Positions 61,028 to 64,000 of a stretch of DNA of 64,000 bases are shown here, one piece after another. Made by a program: the position numbers and the translations under genes. Each line of letters opens with the position of its first letter. Within the stretch, counting starts at the first letter, position 1. The stretch comes from Cenococcum geophilum (lineage: Eukaryota): positions 11,346,001-11,410,000 of the forward strand of contig CP158635.1 in the NCBI GenBank assembly GCA_050273025.1. The letters are read 5' to 3'. The notes beneath the pieces are model-generated. The model ran no database searches. It was not told the DNA's origin and was given only the letters and a program-made list of their open reading frames with translations.

Positions 61028-64000
61028 TGTCGGTACCAATTTAATGGTATAAGTGAGTCGTGTCTAGGGGCACGAAATACGTATAGTATCGTATGCTTAT
61101 TTAGACGGTGGTGACTCGTTCTTCTAATCGTACATAAAGTGGTAGAATTTAAGGGGTTTCCTGAGCTCGCTTAGCTCACGTGATTGCGACCATAAATTCC
61201 TGTACGAACTCGTTCAGACACTGGCAGTACTTGAAAAATGAAATAACTTGTGTATAGCCTCCGTAATTGCTTTAATGAAACCGTAAAATATAAGAGAAAA
61301 TATATAAGAAATAAAACCATAAAATATAAAAGAATTTAAGAAATAAAACCGTAAAATACAAAAGAAATATATAGGAAATTCCTCCGTACAATAGGTGCTA
61401 TGCTATAATTATATACTAGCGGTACTTAAAGTGAAAACCGCTTGTATATAGCCTCCGTAATTTGCTTTAATAAAACTGTAAAATGCAAAATATATAAAAA
61501 TAAAACCGTAAAATATAAAAGAAATACGTAAAAATAAAACTGTAAAACATAAAGGAAATGCGTAAGAAATCCTCCTAAAGTGCCTTCTGGGCTGCCTTTT
61601 AAACGGTGCTCTAGGCTGGCCGTAAGTCCTGCTTACGGGCCGTAAATGAACTATGCAGCCTTCCGTCAGGCCGTAAATGAACCGTACGGCCTTCCGATGG
61701 GCCGTAAACGAGCCGTAAGTGCTCTATTAGTCTCGTTCTAACACTAGGAGTATTATATCACCTCCCTTGGTGTTTAAGGACTCTGTATAGCTTTTCGGCT
61801 AATAAGTAGCCGAAACGGCGGTATAGGTGGTGGGTTTTAGTACTACTAGCGGCAGCGGCGGTTAGTGAGGGTAGTATATGCTCTTTAGCTAGGGTGTTCC
61901 TTCTTCCATATAACGGCTAAGGACTAGGCAGTAAAGGGTAGATCAAATAAGGCTATAGGTTGTTTATGCTCCTTAGCCATAGGCTTTGCCTTATATAGCT
62001 CGTTTTGGGGAAGGTAGGGGTTGTACGTGGGTTGGTCCATATACAGTAGGGGGAGGGTAGAGGCGGTTGCCGCAGGCAGTGATTGCTGGGTAGGTTGCGG
62101 AGGTTCGTACGAGCTTGGCTGCCGTGGCTCCTTGGCTTTGGTTAACGAAGAGGGTAAAGCTAGCGGAGCTTGTGCAGACGGAGCTTTTGCGGACGGAGCT
62201 TTTGCGGACGGAGCTTGCGCGGACGGAGCTTGCGCAGACGGAGCTTGTATAGACGGAGCTTGCGCGGACGGAGGTTGCGCAGGCGGGGCTTATACGGGCG
62301 GAGGTTGTACGGACGAAGGTTGTACGGGCGGAGGTTGTACAGACAGAGCTTAAGCGGACGGGGCTTGTGCGGACGAAGCTTGTGCGGACGGAGGTCGTGT
62401 AAACGGAGCTTGCGGTGACGGAGCTTGCGCGGGCGGAGCTTATATAGGCGGAGCTTATATAGGCGGAGCTTATACGAACGGAGCTTGCGCGGACGGAGCT
62501 TATATAGGCGGAGCTTGCGCAGATAGAGCTTACGGGGGCGGAGCTTATGTAGGTAGAGCTTGAGTAGACGGGGCAGTTATAATATTTGATTAAGGCTCTG
62601 GTAACTGAGCTAGGGTAGGAAGGCTAGGTAGAGGATTATCCTTTAAGGCTTACGGGCCTATTGCATCATCGTCTTAAGGGTTAAGCTCCTTTTAATTGGT
62701 TGCTTGATCTTAATTTCCACTAGAGTCTACTTGTCGATTTCCACTAGAGTCCACTTGTTAATTTCCACTGGAGTCTACCTGTTAACTTCCACCGATATCT
62801 GTACGAGTCTTATTAGGCTCTTCCTTTGACGTCTTGTCTAGTTCTTCCCTTGGCATAACTACCCCACTAGAACGTTCCGTAAAACCGTTCTGCTATAGGG
62901 TATACTGCTAATGGCCAAGTTGCTGAGGGTTGTACTGCTGCTAGGTAGGCTGCTAGGTAGGACTTAGTTGGTGCGGGTATTGTAGTTTCTGGGGAACTTC
63001 TAAAGTAGGCAGGGGTAATTCCAGCTCATCTAGTTTAACGGGTGCTTCTAGTTCGTTTGGTATGACGTTATAGGTGTTCTTAGTAGGGTGGGAATGTGAC
63101 GTTATATATGGTAAAAGTCCTATTTTTTTAGGCGGTGGTGGATTTGTATATATTGAAGGTCCTAGAAGACCAGAGATCTAATTAGGTTTTTGAGAAGTAA
63201 AGAATCTATAGGTATTAATGTGGTCTAAGACTTCCTCTTTAGTCCATTCCGTTTAGTCCTCCTTGCATAGTGTATCATATAAAGACTGTGCAATGGTAAC
63301 TTGCTTATTAACCCATATACCTTAGTAACGTAGGAGGGCTCGTAGGTTGTAGGTGGCTATATAGTCACAAGTCTTAAAAATAGCTTCCGTGAAGTCTGCG
63401 AAGTCTTCCTAGTATTGCTCCTATAGGTTATTATTTTTAAGCTTAAAGTATCCGTATTTAAGGATTTTAAACTTAATATATTCGTTAATATTAAGTATGG
63501 ACTTAATATCAACTCCTTATCTCCACTTCTTTTAACCTTCGCTAACTTGCTTGCTGATATCTGCCATACTGTGTAGTGTAGTATAGTGCGTAGCGGGTGG
63601 AAGGGGTCTTGTGGTGGTCCGTAAGGGCGGTTGATATCCATAACGGTTCGTAAAAGGGTAGGGGGTTTCTATAAGGTCTTATAACGGTCCGTAGAGGCAA
63701 TTAATAGGTCCGTAGTAGTTTATAGAGGGGTAAAAGGTCTCCGTAAGGGGTCTGATAAGATATCAGAGGTATTAAAGGAGGGTGTAGTAGAAGTAGGGGG
63801 TTAAGGTTTAAGGATAGGGGTTTAAGGTTCAAAGGAGGTTAAGTATAGGGGTTCCGTATAGGTCTGTATTCGCGTCTATAACTTCCAGTAACCATACTAA
63901 GACTTAAATAAGTATATAGAGTTGGTGATAGGTCCATAATCCCCAACTTCCAACCTTCTAGCAGGTTGTACTAGGAGTTTAAACGGGTAGTCGCTGTCGA
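61028..64000 (-). mobile_element. Internally deleted, non-autonomous relative of the Copia at 588-6950, inserted in the Ngaro element; runs off window
   Basis: 3' LTR 61028-61220 (TG..CA), whose distal half matches the Copia LTR end. 63200-64000 matches ~915-1620, 63000-63080 matches ~4430-4550, 61560-61740 matches ~6230-6600. No PR/IN/RT/RH seen. Confidence 0.85.
62163..62572 (-). repeat. 15-bp tandem repeat (~27 units) encoding QAPSA-like repeats on the element strand
   Basis: gcggacggagcttgc-type units on the plus strand. Confidence 0.9.

Noticed and set aside
62021..62418. Cys/Gly-rich and Arg-rich ORFs
   Set aside because: Antisense frames of the 15-bp repeat inside the Copia derivative.
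63795..63850. ggggttaagg/ttaagg telomere-like motifs
   Set aside because: Degenerate, not tandem TTAGGG; homologous to the Copia leader at ~1065-1100.

Overview
Filamentous-ascomycete (Pezizomycotina-type) DNA. About 1-49.7 kb and 56.5-64 kb are AT-rich and wrecked by repeat-induced point mutation (RIP): CpA/TpG depleted, TAA/TAG stops at Gln/Trp positions, and paired LTRs differing by transitions. Reading through the RIP damage by hand shows that most of 7-49.8 kb is a dead giant Starship transposon. Its DUF3435 tyrosine-recombinase captain (minus strand, ~40.9-49.3 kb) is split by a full-length Ty3/Gypsy insertion. Degraded cargo includes a Spok-like kinase remnant, RING, F-box/ankyrin, GT32, a nucleoside-deoxyribosyltransferase-like gene, a patatin phospholipase, DUF3723 and a pol-beta-nucleotidyltransferase-like gene. 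An un-RIPped island (~49.8-56.5 kb) holds a head-to-head gene pair: a UBA-like/ankyrin/ClpB-type AAA+ ATPase, and an ankyrin protein fused to an NLR fragment that lacks NACHT and WD40. Other elements: a full Ty1/Copia nested in a Gypsy, a non-autonomous Copia derivative, a Ngaro-type YR retrotransposon with split direct repeats plus a solo footprint, solo LTRs, a MITE, a LINE 3' end and several minisatellites. Protein calls rest on manual translation and remembered motifs, not database searches. Pseudogene ends are approximate.
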